NCBI GenBank assembly: GCA_964557045.1
Contig: CAZKYB010000002.1
Coordinates: 1,212-65,211 of the forward strand
Length of the DNA: 64,000 nt
Direction: 5' to 3'
DNA from: an uncultured archaeon
Lineage (GTDB): Archaea > Iainarchaeota > Iainarchaeia > Iainarchaeales > VGJJ01
Positions 36,098-45,157 of this stretch are shown piece by piece. The notes under the pieces were generated by a model, which saw nothing but the letters and a program-made list of their open reading frames with translations, was not told the origin of the DNA and did no database searches. The position numbers were made by a program, and so were the translations under genes. The stretch's first letter is position 1. Every line of letters starts with the position of its first letter.

Positions 36098-38032
36098 ATG
36101 CCCCAAAATTTAGCTCAAAAGATACTCCACCAACACCTCGTCGAAGGGGAAATGATCCCAGGGAAAGAAATAGGGATCAAAATCGACCAAACCCTCACCC
36201 AAGATGCCACGGGCACGATGGCCTACCTCCAGTTTGAAGCCATGGGATTGAAACAGGTCAAGACGGAACTCTCTGTTTCGTATGTCGACCACAACATGCT
36301 CCAAACCTCATTCGAAAACCCGGACGACCACCAATACCTGCAGAGTGTCGCAGCAAAATATGGAATATTATTCTCTAAGCCCGGAAATGGAATCTGTCAT
36401 CAAGTACACTTAGAACGATTTGGAAAGCCGGGAAAAACCCTCCTAGGGAGCGACTCGCACACCCCCACGAGTGGTGGGTTAGGAATGCTCGCCATGGGAG
36501 CCGGAGGGCTGGATGTTGCGGTGGCCATGGGAGGAGGCGCGTTCTACTTGAATATGCCCCGCGTCATCGGAGTCAAACTGACCGGAAAATTAAACGATTG
36601 GGTGTCCGCGAAAGACATTATTTTAGAAATGCTCCGACGATTGACCGTGAAAGGCGGCGTGGGAAAGATTGTCGAATATTATGGGGATGGAGTGAAAACA
36701 CTCAGCGTCCCTGAACGCGCCACCATCACCAACATGGGAGCCGAATTAGGAGCCACAACAAGCGTGTTTCCCTCGGACGAAATCACCAAGAAATACCTGC
36801 ACATGCAAGGACGAGAAAACGATTGGCACGAAATGAAAGCCGACGAAAACGCGACCTACGACGAACATGTCGAGATTAACCTTTCGGAATTGGAACCCAT
36901 GATTGCGTGCCCTTCTTCTCCTGACAATGTAAAGAAAGTTAGTGAAGTAGAAGGAATCGTAGTGAGTCAAGTATTAGTGGGAAGCTGCACCAATTCTTCG
37001 TACCGCGATTTGAGTATCATTTCATCCGTCATGGATGGGAAAACCGTACATGAGAATGTGTCCATGAGCGTGAACCCCGGATCCAAGCAAGTGTTGGAGA
37101 ATGTTACCTCCTCGGGAAAATTACTCTCCTTCATATCCTCCGGCGTACGCATCAATGAGTCCGGGTGCGGTGGATGCATTGGAATGGGACAAGCCCCCCC
37201 TTCCGGAAGCGTGTCCGTGCGAACATTCAACCGAAACTTCCCCGGACGAAGCGGAACGCCTGATGATAAGGTGTATTTGTGCTCCCCCGAAACGGCGGCC
37301 GCCACCGCACTGTATGGGAAGATTACTGATCCCCGCAAGTTAGGAGAATACCCCCCCATCGCGTGGCCAGAAAAGTTCCTCATCGATGATCGAATGATCG
37401 TCCTTCCCTCCTTACACCCGGAAGAAGTCACCGTGGTGCGCGGACCCAACATTGCCCCGCTACCCTTAGCCGGGACGCTGCAGGACAAAATTGAGAAGAA
37501 AGTTTTGTTGAAAGTCGGCGACAATATCTCCACGGACGGAATCATGCCCGCGGGAGCGAAAATTCTCCCCTTGCGGAGCAACATTCCCAAAATTTCCGAG
37601 TATGTCTTTTCTCCCATCGATCCTAACTTCGCCAAGAACGCGAAAGAAAATCATGGAGGAATCGTCATCGGAGGCGACAACTATGGTCAAGGCTCATCAC
37701 GTGAACACGCGGCGCTCGCGCCCATGTATTTGGGAATCAAAGCGGTTATTACGAAGACATTTGCCCGGATCCACAAAGCCAATCTGATTAATTTTGGCAT
37801 CCTTCCATTGGAGTTTGTGAATGCCAGCGACTATGAAAAAATCAGTGCCGGGGACGTGCTAGTGTTAGACGGACTCCACACCCACCTGCAGGGGAACAGT
37901 CATCAATTGGTATTGACGAACACCACGAAGGGAGTGGAAATCCCATTGAAAGAAGACTATACTCCCCGACAACGAGAAATCCTGCGCGCCGGCGGACTAC
38001 TGAATTTCACCCGCCAGCACGCGGCCAAGTAG
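36098..38032 (+). CDS. Aconitate hydratase (single-chain, short type)
   Basis: DQTLTQDATGT, DHN, GICHQVH, GSDSHT, GSCTNSS, CGGCIG, NRNF.GR, GQGSSREHAAL. Confidence 0.93.
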   Translation: MPQNLAQKILHQHLVEGEMIPGKEIGIKIDQTLTQDATGTMAYLQFEAMGLKQVKTELSVSYVDHNMLQTSFENPDDHQYLQSVAAKYGILFSKPGNGICHQVHLERFGKPGKTLLGSDSHTPTSGGLGMLAMGAGGLDVAVAMGGGAFYLNMPRVIGVKLTGKLNDWVSAKDIILEMLRRLTVKGGVGKIVEYYGDGVKTLSVPERATITNMGAELGATTSVFPSDEITKKYLHMQGRENDWHEMKADENATYDEHVEINLSELEPMIACPSSPDNVKKVSEVEGIVVSQVLVGSCTNSSYRDLSIISSVMDGKTVHENVSMSVNPGSKQVLENVTSSGKLLSFISSGVRINESGCGGCIGMGQAPPSGSVSVRTFNRNFPGRSGTPDDKVYLCSPETAAATALYGKITDPRKLGEYPPIAWPEKFLIDDRMIVLPSLHPEEVTVVRGPNIAPLPLAGTLQDKIEKKVLLKVGDNISTDGIMPAGAKILPLRSNIPKISEYVFSPIDPNFAKNAKENHGGIVIGGDNYGQGSSREHAALAPMYLGIKAVITKTFARIHKANLINFGILPLEFVNASDYEKISAGDVLVLDGLHTHLQGNSHQLVLTNTTKGVEIPLKEDYTPRQREILRAGGLLNFTRQHAAK

Positions 38033-38125
38033 AACTCATTCATACACCCCTCGAAAGGGGAGCAACCCATAAATATCCCCAGAAGGGTTATTCCTCTAAC
38101 CACATAGAGAGGGGTTGGATTTCAC

Positions 38126-39244
38126 ATGGCACATGACGTAACATTAATCCTAGGCGACGGAACCGGACCGGAACTGGCACGCGCAACCAGAAAGGTCCTG
38201 GACGCCACCGGAGTGAAATTCAACTGGGTCGAGCAAGAGGCCGGCATCGATGTATACGAGAAGACCGGAGACCCCTTCCCCGACACCCTCATTGACACCA
38301 TTAAACGCACGAAGACCGCGCTAAAGGCCCCTATTACCACCCCCGTAGCCACGGGATTTCGCTCGGTGAATGTGAAGCTCCGGAAGGACCTAGACCTCTA
38401 CATTAACCTCCGCCCCGCCAAGTCCTACGAAGGCGTGCGTTCACGGTATGAAAACTTAGATTTGGTCATCTTCCGAGAAAACACCGACGATGTGTATGTG
38501 GGAATTGAATTTGAGCAAGGAAAACCTGAAACTAAACAACTCATCCAGATGCTCAACCAGACCCATCCTAAAGAAAAGATCCCTGAGGACATTGGAATAT
38601 CCATCAAACCCATTTCAGAATACAAAAGTGAACGAATCGTGAAGGCCGCATTTGAATATGCAGTCAAACATCATCGAAAAAAAGTCACCTGCGTGCATAA
38701 AGCCAACATCATGAAACACACGGACGGATTATTCTTGAATATTGCACGCAGGGTTGCCGCCAACTATCCTCAAATTCAATTCGAAGACGTGATTGTGGAT
38801 AACATGTGCATGCAGCTCGTGCAAAAGCCCGAAGTGTATGACGTGTTAGTATTGCCCAACTTGTATGGAGACATTGTCTCCGATTTGTGCGCAGGATTGG
38901 TGGGAGGATTGGGCGTCGCCCCTGGTGCCAACATCGGAAACGAACTCGCCATCTTTGAAGCGGTGCACGGAAGCGCACCCAAGTACAAGGGGATGAACAA
39001 AGTCAACCCCACCGCGATGATCCTATCTGGAGTCATGATGCTGCGTCATTTGAATGAAATCGACGCCGCCGACAAACTTGAGCGTGCGGTGGCCCACGTC
39101 ATCAAGGAAAACAAGCACGTCACGTACGACTTGAAGCCCAAGGGACAAGAAGACCAGGCCGTCGGAACCAATGAGATGGCGGAGGCCGTTATTGCCGCCT
39201 ACCATGCGATGGGAACAAAGCCCAAGGCCCATGCCGACCTCTAG
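38126..39244 (+). CDS. icd: Isocitrate dehydrogenase (isocitrate/isopropylmalate family), probably NADP-dependent
   Basis: GDGTGPE, TTP...[32 protein letters not shown] and VTYD (NADP-type K-Y...Y). Confidence 0.85.
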   Translation: MAHDVTLILGDGTGPELARATRKVLDATGVKFNWVEQEAGIDVYEKTGDPFPDTLIDTIKRTKTALKAPITTPVATGFRSVNVKLRKDLDLYINLRPAKSYEGVRSRYENLDLVIFRENTDDVYVGIEFEQGKPETKQLIQMLNQTHPKEKIPEDIGISIKPISEYKSERIVKAAFEYAVKHHRKKVTCVHKANIMKHTDGLFLNIARRVAANYPQIQFEDVIVDNMCMQLVQKPEVYDVLVLPNLYGDIVSDLCAGLVGGLGVAPGANIGNELAIFEAVHGSAPKYKGMNKVNPTAMILSGVMMLRHLNEIDAADKLERAVAHVIKENKHVTYDLKPKGQEDQAVGTNEMAEAVIAAYHAMGTKPKAHADL

Positions 39245-39307
39245 GAAAAACCTCCTCGAAACCCGGAGCTCAACTTCTAAAAAGAAGTTGAGACGGGAAA
39301 AAAATAA

Positions 39308-40357
39308 TTATTCGGCCGTGAACGTGAACTCGTCGGAGTCCACGATCTCTAATACATCGAGTTCTTTACACACACATTTAGCTGTAAGCCACTCCGCCAG
39401 AGAAGGCTTGCTTCTCCCTTCATCCCCGGAGATAAATTCCTTGATGTAACACCCCGCGGAGGCGTGCAATTCCACGTCAATATGAAACGGGTCGATTTGC
39501 GTGATCTTTTCTAAGGTAATCCAGTGGGGCCGTTCCTTCATCACCCTCCGTTTTTCCACCCGAATGGGAGTGGTTTGCAGGACATCCATCTTTTGGTTCA
39601 AAAAAGACGATAATTTTTCCACGCTTATTTTTTCAGTGGACTCCACCAGCGCTCGATAACGCTTGGTATGGTAGTTTCGCGTGATAAACACCACGTCCGC
39701 GGGAATACCGATTGACAAATCGAACAATTCAACCTTTCCCTTCAGCGCGGAATTGATTTGCGACTGGAGTTTGCCCATATCGGCCACACGAAGGGTTGGA
39801 TTTTCGAGGGTCAAAGCAAACGGGCGGCCCCTCCCCAGCATACGCACATCCACATCTTCTCTCCCTGCGCCGTGAAACAAGACTTCGTCGCATTGAAACG
39901 CATCTTTGATGAAGGGAGTGACCAATTCCTGCACGCTTTCCTTCGTTAGGATCTTTTCACCCTTACACACGTTACATACATTTCCATGCGAACGACCGGT
40001 GCCTTTACATTCGTAACAATAGTGGCGTGTTTGGGCAATCGTGCGCACGAGTTTAGTATAATTCCCCTTGAGAATGACGGGAAGAAATTGCAGCGTGACT
40101 TTCTTTTCGACCTCGTCAAACACAATCTCTACGTCCGGGTGTTCTAATCCAATCATTTTTCCTTGAAACAATGAATGATTAGCCACTCGATTCTTGACGG
40201 CCTTGGAAATCAACTCTTTTTGGAGAGGGTCGCGGATACGCACCCCAATGGAATAGGTGGTCCACTCCCGAGACGAGAGAAGCTCGTCCAGCTTAGCAAA
40301 CGGAAGATCCGGGAGGGTGGTTTCCAGTGGAATCCGAAGAATGGTCACCATACCCAT
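39308..40357 (-). CDS. pus10: tRNA pseudouridine(54/55) synthase Pus10
   Basis: G.Y.KL.R.I.QT, HGAGREDVDVRMLG.GRPF, Q.TP.RV..RR, AGCYIKEFISGDEGR..PS, LDV. Confidence 0.94.
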   Translation of the reverse strand: MGMVTILRIPLETTLPDLPFAKLDELLSSREWTTYSIGVRIRDPLQKELISKAVKNRVANHSLFQGKMIGLEHPDVEIVFDEVEKKVTLQFLPVILKGNYTKLVRTIAQTRHYCYECKGTGRSHGNVCNVCKGEKILTKESVQELVTPFIKDAFQCDEVLFHGAGREDVDVRMLGRGRPFALTLENPTLRVADMGKLQSQINSALKGKVELFDLSIGIPADVVFITRNYHTKRYRALVESTEKISVEKLSSFLNQKMDVLQTTPIRVEKRRVMKERPHWITLEKITQIDPFHIDVELHASAGCYIKEFISGDEGRSKPSLAEWLTAKCVCKELDVLEIVDSDEFTFTAE

Positions 40358-40447
40358 TCCCCCGGCTGAACCCTTATAATTAACCAACACGGAACACGGC
40401 GGAAAGCTCGCCCAACCTTTTTAAGTCGAAAGACGAATGGCTAGTGC

Positions 40448-40509
40448 GTTCTCCGGTGCAAGGGGAGGGCCTTCACAAAGCCGCTCCTCAGACGTGCCGT
40501 TGCGAGAAC
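40448..40509 (+). promoter_or_regulatory. Structured 5' leader upstream of radA
   Basis: Nested stems GTTCTC/GAGAAC, CGGTGC/GTGCCG, GGGGAG/CTCCTC, GGC/GCC starting about 25-30 nt after TTTTTAAG (40418-40425). Confidence 0.55.
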
Positions 40510-40525
40510 AGGAAACGTGAACACT

Positions 40526-41485
40526 ATGGCCGCTAAAGCCGAAATCAAAGAAGTTAAGGATCTCCCTGGAATCGGACCCCAGGCTGCAGAAAAACTATTT
40601 TCCGCCGGATACAAAAGCCTCGAAAGCGTGGCCGTGGCCTCCCCCATGGAGCTGATTGAAGCCTCAGGGTTGGGAGAAGGAACCGCCGAAAAAGCCATCA
40701 AAGCCGCCCGCGACGCATTAGAAATGGGATATGAGAGCGCGGATATTCTTGCCGAGCGACGAAAACTCGTCGGACGCATTTCTACCGGATCCAAGGAATT
40801 GGACAATCTAATCGGAGGGGGAATTGAAACCCAATCCATCACGGAGATTTATGGAAAATTTGCCTCCGGAAAGACCCAGTGGTGCTTTCAAACCGCAGTA
40901 ACGGTGCAGAAACCCGTGGGAGAGGGAGGATTGGGGGGAAATTGTCTCTACATTGACTCCGAAAACTCTTTCCGACCTGAACGCGTCATCTCCATCGCGG
41001 AAGCGAATGGAATGAATTCGGAAGACGTGTTGAAGAACATCTTTGTCGCCCGCGCGTACAACGCCGACCACCAAATGCTGTTGGCAGAAAAGGCCGCGGA
41101 GCTCATCAACGAGAAAAACATCAAACTCGTGATTGTGGACTCGCTCACCGCGCAATTCCGAAGTGAATTCATCGGACGCGGACAGCTCGCGGATCGACAG
41201 CAGCGATTAAACAAGCACATGCGCGTGCTACAGCGATTGGCGGAGATGAGCAACGTCGCCGTACTGGTAACGAATCAAGTCATGGAGCGACCCGACATCA
41301 TGTTTGGAGATCCCACCGCCCCGGTCGGAGGAAACGTGGTTGGACACGCCTCGAAAACACGATTGTATCTGCGCAAAGGAAAGGAGAACAAGCGAATCGC
41401 CAAGCTGGTGGATAGCCCCTCCTTGCCGGACGGAGAAGCCGTGTACGCGGTCACCGAAAAGGGAATCGAAGACATCGACGAATAA
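40526..41485 (+). CDS. radA: DNA repair and recombination protein RadA
   Basis: N-terminal HhH LPGIGP, GKFASGKTQ, YIDSENSFRPER, VDSL...FRSE..GRG.LA.RQQ; no intein. Confidence 0.98.
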   Translation: MAAKAEIKEVKDLPGIGPQAAEKLFSAGYKSLESVAVASPMELIEASGLGEGTAEKAIKAARDALEMGYESADILAERRKLVGRISTGSKELDNLIGGGIETQSITEIYGKFASGKTQWCFQTAVTVQKPVGEGGLGGNCLYIDSENSFRPERVISIAEANGMNSEDVLKNIFVARAYNADHQMLLAEKAAELINEKNIKLVIVDSLTAQFRSEFIGRGQLADRQQRLNKHMRVLQRLAEMSNVAVLVTNQVMERPDIMFGDPTAPVGGNVVGHASKTRLYLRKGKENKRIAKLVDSPSLPDGEAVYAVTEKGIEDIDE

Positions 41486-41505
41486 TGATTCAATCAAAAA
41501 TACAC

Positions 41506-41543
41506 GGAGGAGGGAGAAAATCCCTTCTCCTTCACTCTTTTTT
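41506..41543 (+). terminator. Hairpin plus T-tract after radA
   Basis: GGAGGAGGGA-GAAAA-TCCCTTCTCC then TTCACTCTTTTTT. Confidence 0.65.
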
Positions 41544-41765
41544 CGGCACCATTTTCTCTTGATAGACGATGATGTGTAAGGCCCCAAACATGATCCCAAA
41601 GGCCAGTAAGTACAAAAACCACTGGCGAAATACGATGGCCTGAAACTGACCCCAATAGGCGACTAATACGGAGAGAATGGCCAATCCCAAGGGGAGGAGA
41701 AAATTAGCCAGGGTGTGATGGACATGCACCGGACGAGACATGCGAGGCTTGGATGAACGTTTCAT
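41532..41765 (-). CDS. Small two-TM membrane protein
   Basis: 77 aa, two hydrophobic segments, TATA about 25 nt upstream. Confidence 0.6.
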   Translation of the reverse strand: MKRSSKPRMSRPVHVHHTLANFLLPLGLAILSVLVAYWGQFQAIVFRQWFLYLLAFGIMFGALHIIVYQEKMVPKKE

Positions 41766-41841
41766 TCTGGATGGACTTTTTCCCCATATTTAATACGAGA
41801 GCATTAAAAACGAAAAAACACTCCCCTAGGATGGTGAATCG

Positions 41842-42162
41842 ATGACCGATCTCTTCTACGACGAATACTTGAAAGCCAGCGAGAAATTCAAACAAAACGC
41901 AGGGGCCGCCAACGAAGCCTATCAAGCGTGGAAGAATACCGCCATGGCTGCTGGAGCATTGGACAAAAAAACGAAAGAACTCATGGCATTGGCCGCCGCG
42001 TGTGCCATCCAGTGTGAATACTGCATCGACTCTCACTCGCAAAAGGCTAAAGCCTATGGCGCCACTGAACAAGAAGTCGCGGAAACCATCCAGGTGGCTA
42101 CCGTCGTCAAAGCCGGTGCGACTGTCTCCTATGGAATTAAGGCGTTCGAACACTTTCTTTGA
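41842..42162 (+). CDS. AhpD/carboxymuconolactone decarboxylase family protein
   Basis: GALDKKTKELMALA...QCEYCIDSH, GATEQEVAE. Confidence 0.92.
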   Translation: MTDLFYDEYLKASEKFKQNAGAANEAYQAWKNTAMAAGALDKKTKELMALAAACAIQCEYCIDSHSQKAKAYGATEQEVAETIQVATVVKAGATVSYGIKAFEHFL

Positions 42163-42724
42163 AGGGCATCTCCCGAGTATTCATGGACGATAATCGCAAA
42201 TAAAGCTGGGAGGCCACACTACTGTACGCATGGGAAAATTGAACAACCTCTTTTTCAGGCAAAATTGAACGTAATTTATTTTCCAGGTATCGCTCCGAAG
42301 AAGAAACAGCATCCAAATCAAAACTCTCACATAGTTTATGGATTTTTTTCCGTAAGGAACGGTGCGCGGCAGTGTTTAGAATTCCGATACGAAACATTGC
42401 CCGCTGAAATGCCATTTCTTGAATCTCTGGTTGAATCGCCAGTCTCCACCGGGACAATGCATTCCTGAATCGGTCCATTTCCCCAATAAATGCGGGTGAC
42501 GTGCCCCTCCGCATCACCGCGGAATACCTCTGAACATTCGCCGCACAACGAATGAGATCACCCCGTATGGCCGAGAGGGTGGGGTCATTGCTCTCATAGA
42601 TGCGAGTGGCCATCCTGTCAAACATGGGTGAATTCGAAAATAAACGCCCGCGGCGAAGAATACGAAAACGACGATAGGGCGCCGTAAAATGACGAACAAA
42701 CCGCCTCACCGGTCGGGAATGCAT
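42137..42724 (-). CDS. Orphan helical protein with Arg-rich N-terminus
   Basis: 195 aa filling the gap, own TTTTATT box; MHSRPVRRFVRHFTAPYRRFRILRRGRLF. Confidence 0.6.
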   Translation of the reverse strand: MHSRPVRRFVRHFTAPYRRFRILRRGRLFSNSPMFDRMATRIYESNDPTLSAIRGDLIRCAANVQRYSAVMRRGTSPAFIGEMDRFRNALSRWRLAIQPEIQEMAFQRAMFRIGILNTAAHRSLRKKIHKLCESFDLDAVSSSERYLENKLRSILPEKEVVQFSHAYSSVASQLYLRLSSMNTREMPFKESVRTP

Positions 42725-42755
42725 CCAAACTCCGAGACGAGGGACAATAAAAGAG

Positions 42756-43142
42756 CTACTTGTACTTCAACACTTCAACCGTGCCCTTGGTGGAATCCTT
42801 TAATTCCGCCGAGGCGAGAGGGTAAATCTCAATGATGGGCTCTTCGTACGGATGAATGGATCGCAGGAGTTTCACCATGTGATCCGCATGAGACGCTTGA
42901 CACGTGGTCTCAATCTTCACTTCCTGCACCATCTCGCGCTTATTCAATCGACCCTTGAAGGGCTTGCTTCCCTTCAATGCAATCCAGGTTCCATGACCGA
43001 ATGTCAAAAAGGCACACCCTTCGTATTTCTTATCCCCAAACGAACCGCACCCTTGTGTATGCATCAAATCCAGCATGGCATCCATGTGTGTCTTGGGTGC
43101 ATACACCACCAGCTTGACCAGAGAAAGTTTCGAGGGCGCCAT
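42756..43142 (-). CDS. Stand-alone PII/CutA-like domain of the NIF3/YqfO family
   Basis: KLVVYAP..H, G.G.....Y..C.F...G.G, EVKIE, HPYEEP. Confidence 0.85.
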   Translation of the reverse strand: MAPSKLSLVKLVVYAPKTHMDAMLDLMHTQGCGSFGDKKYEGCAFLTFGHGTWIALKGSKPFKGRLNKREMVQEVKIETTCQASHADHMVKLLRSIHPYEEPIIEIYPLASAELKDSTKGTVEVLKYK

Positions 43143-43149
43143 TGTGTGT

Positions 43150-43884
43150 TCACCACTTCTCGATAATGACGTTTTCCGCCGGGAACTTCACATCATCAAT
43201 GCAAAACTTCACTAGGTGTTCGGCAATCTCAGGCTTTCCGCAAATGTACACTTTCGCATGGTCCTTGTGCGAAGAGGAATACGACTTCAGGGAGTCCTGC
43301 ACGTATCCTTTGGCATGCGTCCAATGATCATCCGGGCGCGACGCGGTGATGTGAATCTTGAAGTTAGGGTGGGTTTTGGCTAAGTGCTCCAACTCCTCCT
43401 TGTACATATACTGCGAAGGAAAGCGGAAACCAAAATACAATGAAATGGGAACCTTCGAGCCGTTGTGCAACAGCGTGCGAATCATTGAGATGAGAGGAGC
43501 GATGCCCGTTCCCGTGGCGAGGAAAACATACTCAGGAGCAGTCTCATCCAGCAAGAACTTACCAAACGCCCCACGCACGGAAATTTCATCCCCTACGTTC
43601 AGGCTCATCAGCTTGTGAGAAACACCCGTGGGAGAACCATCTCCGATGCAAAATTCCAATAGCCCCTTTTGAGTGGGAGATGAAGAAATAGAATACGAGG
43701 CCCATTTTACGGCATTGGGATTTGCCAATAATTTAACGTCCGGATGAGAGATCATCGCGAACTGACCCGAAATGTAGGGCATGGAAACAGAATGGGGAAG
43801 CTCGCACTCAAATACGCGCGTGGCCGAGCCCTCATGAACGGGAAAATCAATGATTTTGGTTATGTGGGATTTGAAATCAACCAT
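43150..43884 (-). CDS. Ferredoxin--NAD(P)+ reductase-like FAD/NAD(P) oxidoreductase
   Basis: GQF, YSISSSP, GVS, G.FGKF, ATGTGIAP..SM, YICG, C-terminal EKW. Confidence 0.9.
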   Translation of the reverse strand: MVDFKSHITKIIDFPVHEGSATRVFECELPHSVSMPYISGQFAMISHPDVKLLANPNAVKWASYSISSSPTQKGLLEFCIGDGSPTGVSHKLMSLNVGDEISVRGAFGKFLLDETAPEYVFLATGTGIAPLISMIRTLLHNGSKVPISLYFGFRFPSQYMYKEELEHLAKTHPNFKIHITASRPDDHWTHAKGYVQDSLKSYSSSHKDHAKVYICGKPEIAEHLVKFCIDDVKFPAENVIIEKW

Positions 43885-43923
43885 GTAAAAGTTTCGAGGT
43901 AGAACCCTTAAAAAGCGGGGCCC

Positions 43924-45093
43924 TTAGGCCCGCCTTTTGGAGGATTTACCCGACTTATAGGCCTTCTCAACCTCGGCCTCCAGAGCCTCACAAGCCTGCT
44001 TTACCGCCAATCGAACCTTCCATTCGGAAGCCGACGCATTGAATCGGCGACCCGCCCCTTCAACGGTCAATTTGACTTCCGTCTTTGCCCGCAAACCCGT
44101 CTTATTCGATTGCTTGAACACCGCATGCATGGAATGCTCCCCCTTCAGGATGCGCTCGATTTTCCCATACGTCCGATCGAATAATTTTTGAACGAAAACA
44201 GTATCCACTTCGTCCAAGTCCGGCATATGAGAGATTTGGACCGGCGACACCACCACGGCGGATTCGGAAGAAGCCCCGTTCAAATAGGCATCAAAGATGG
44301 ACTGCGTCGAAATAATCCCCGACAACCCATTTCCTGAAACCAACACAACCGGGTTTGCCTGCTTCGCCATTATCTGGACAATCTTTTTCCCTTTTTCAGT
44401 TGAGGAAACAATCGGAACGTCGACATCCATGACGGACTTCACATTCAACCGGAGTCCTGGTTTACGTGAAACCGATTGGCGACCGGAACCCATCTTGAAT
44501 GACTCACGGGAGGAACGATCCAACCCCAACAACACATCCGTGGCTACATCCTCGATGCGAATAACCCCAACTGGTTTTTGCTTCGTATCTACAACCGGAA
44601 GCTTTCGTACGTTTCCCCCGCGCATCTGCTGGACCGCCTTACCTAAATCGGCCGAATCGGAAATAACCAACGGATTGAACGTCGCCAAGGACTTGGCATC
44701 CGCGTTCGAAAAACCCTCATGGGACTGCAAACGAGAAATGACCTCCTGGGCAGTCACCACGCCCAGCATTTTCCCCTTCTCCATCACGGGAAGAGTGCGC
44801 ACATCCGAGTCGCGCATCAAGCGAACCACCGTATTGAATGAGTCCGTGGAACTCACGGAAGGAGCGGAGCGCATCACCGAGGAAACCTTGGTGGTGGTCA
44901 AATCCACGTTTCGAAGCAAACCCGACTCGGACAAGAGACCAGCGACCTTTTTCCCATCCATCACCACCGCCTCAGCGGCCGACCCTTTCTTGAGGGCGGC
45001 AAATGCCTTGGAAAGAGGACTCGTGGACTCAATCTGAACAAAATTAGACGTCATCAGGTCGCGCGCGACCAGGTTGGAAACGGATTCGGACAT
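43924..45093 (-). CDS. Four-CBS-domain protein fused to a C-terminal HPF/RaiA-like domain (putative hibernation factor)
   Basis: Repeated CBS motifs (RTLPVM..GK..GVVT, RKLPVVD....VGVI); C-terminal KIERIL...EVKLTV...G..FNASASEW....AV..A.EALE..V. Confidence 0.75.
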   Translation of the reverse strand: MSESVSNLVARDLMTSNFVQIESTSPLSKAFAALKKGSAAEAVVMDGKKVAGLLSESGLLRNVDLTTTKVSSVMRSAPSVSSTDSFNTVVRLMRDSDVRTLPVMEKGKMLGVVTAQEVISRLQSHEGFSNADAKSLATFNPLVISDSADLGKAVQQMRGGNVRKLPVVDTKQKPVGVIRIEDVATDVLLGLDRSSRESFKMGSGRQSVSRKPGLRLNVKSVMDVDVPIVSSTEKGKKIVQIMAKQANPVVLVSGNGLSGIISTQSIFDAYLNGASSESAVVVSPVQISHMPDLDEVDTVFVQKLFDRTYGKIERILKGEHSMHAVFKQSNKTGLRAKTEVKLTVEGAGRRFNASASEWKVRLAVKQACEALEAEVEKAYKSGKSSKRRA

Positions 45094-45157
45094 AGGAAAA
45101 CAAACCCCCAGGATTCGTTAACCAAAATGGGATTTCAGATTAATAAGGGACCCGGTA

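Noticed and set aside
36098..39244. LeuC/LeuD and LeuB
   Set aside because: Single-chain aconitase with fused swivel domain; the dehydrogenase has the IDH-type RSVNV substrate motif.
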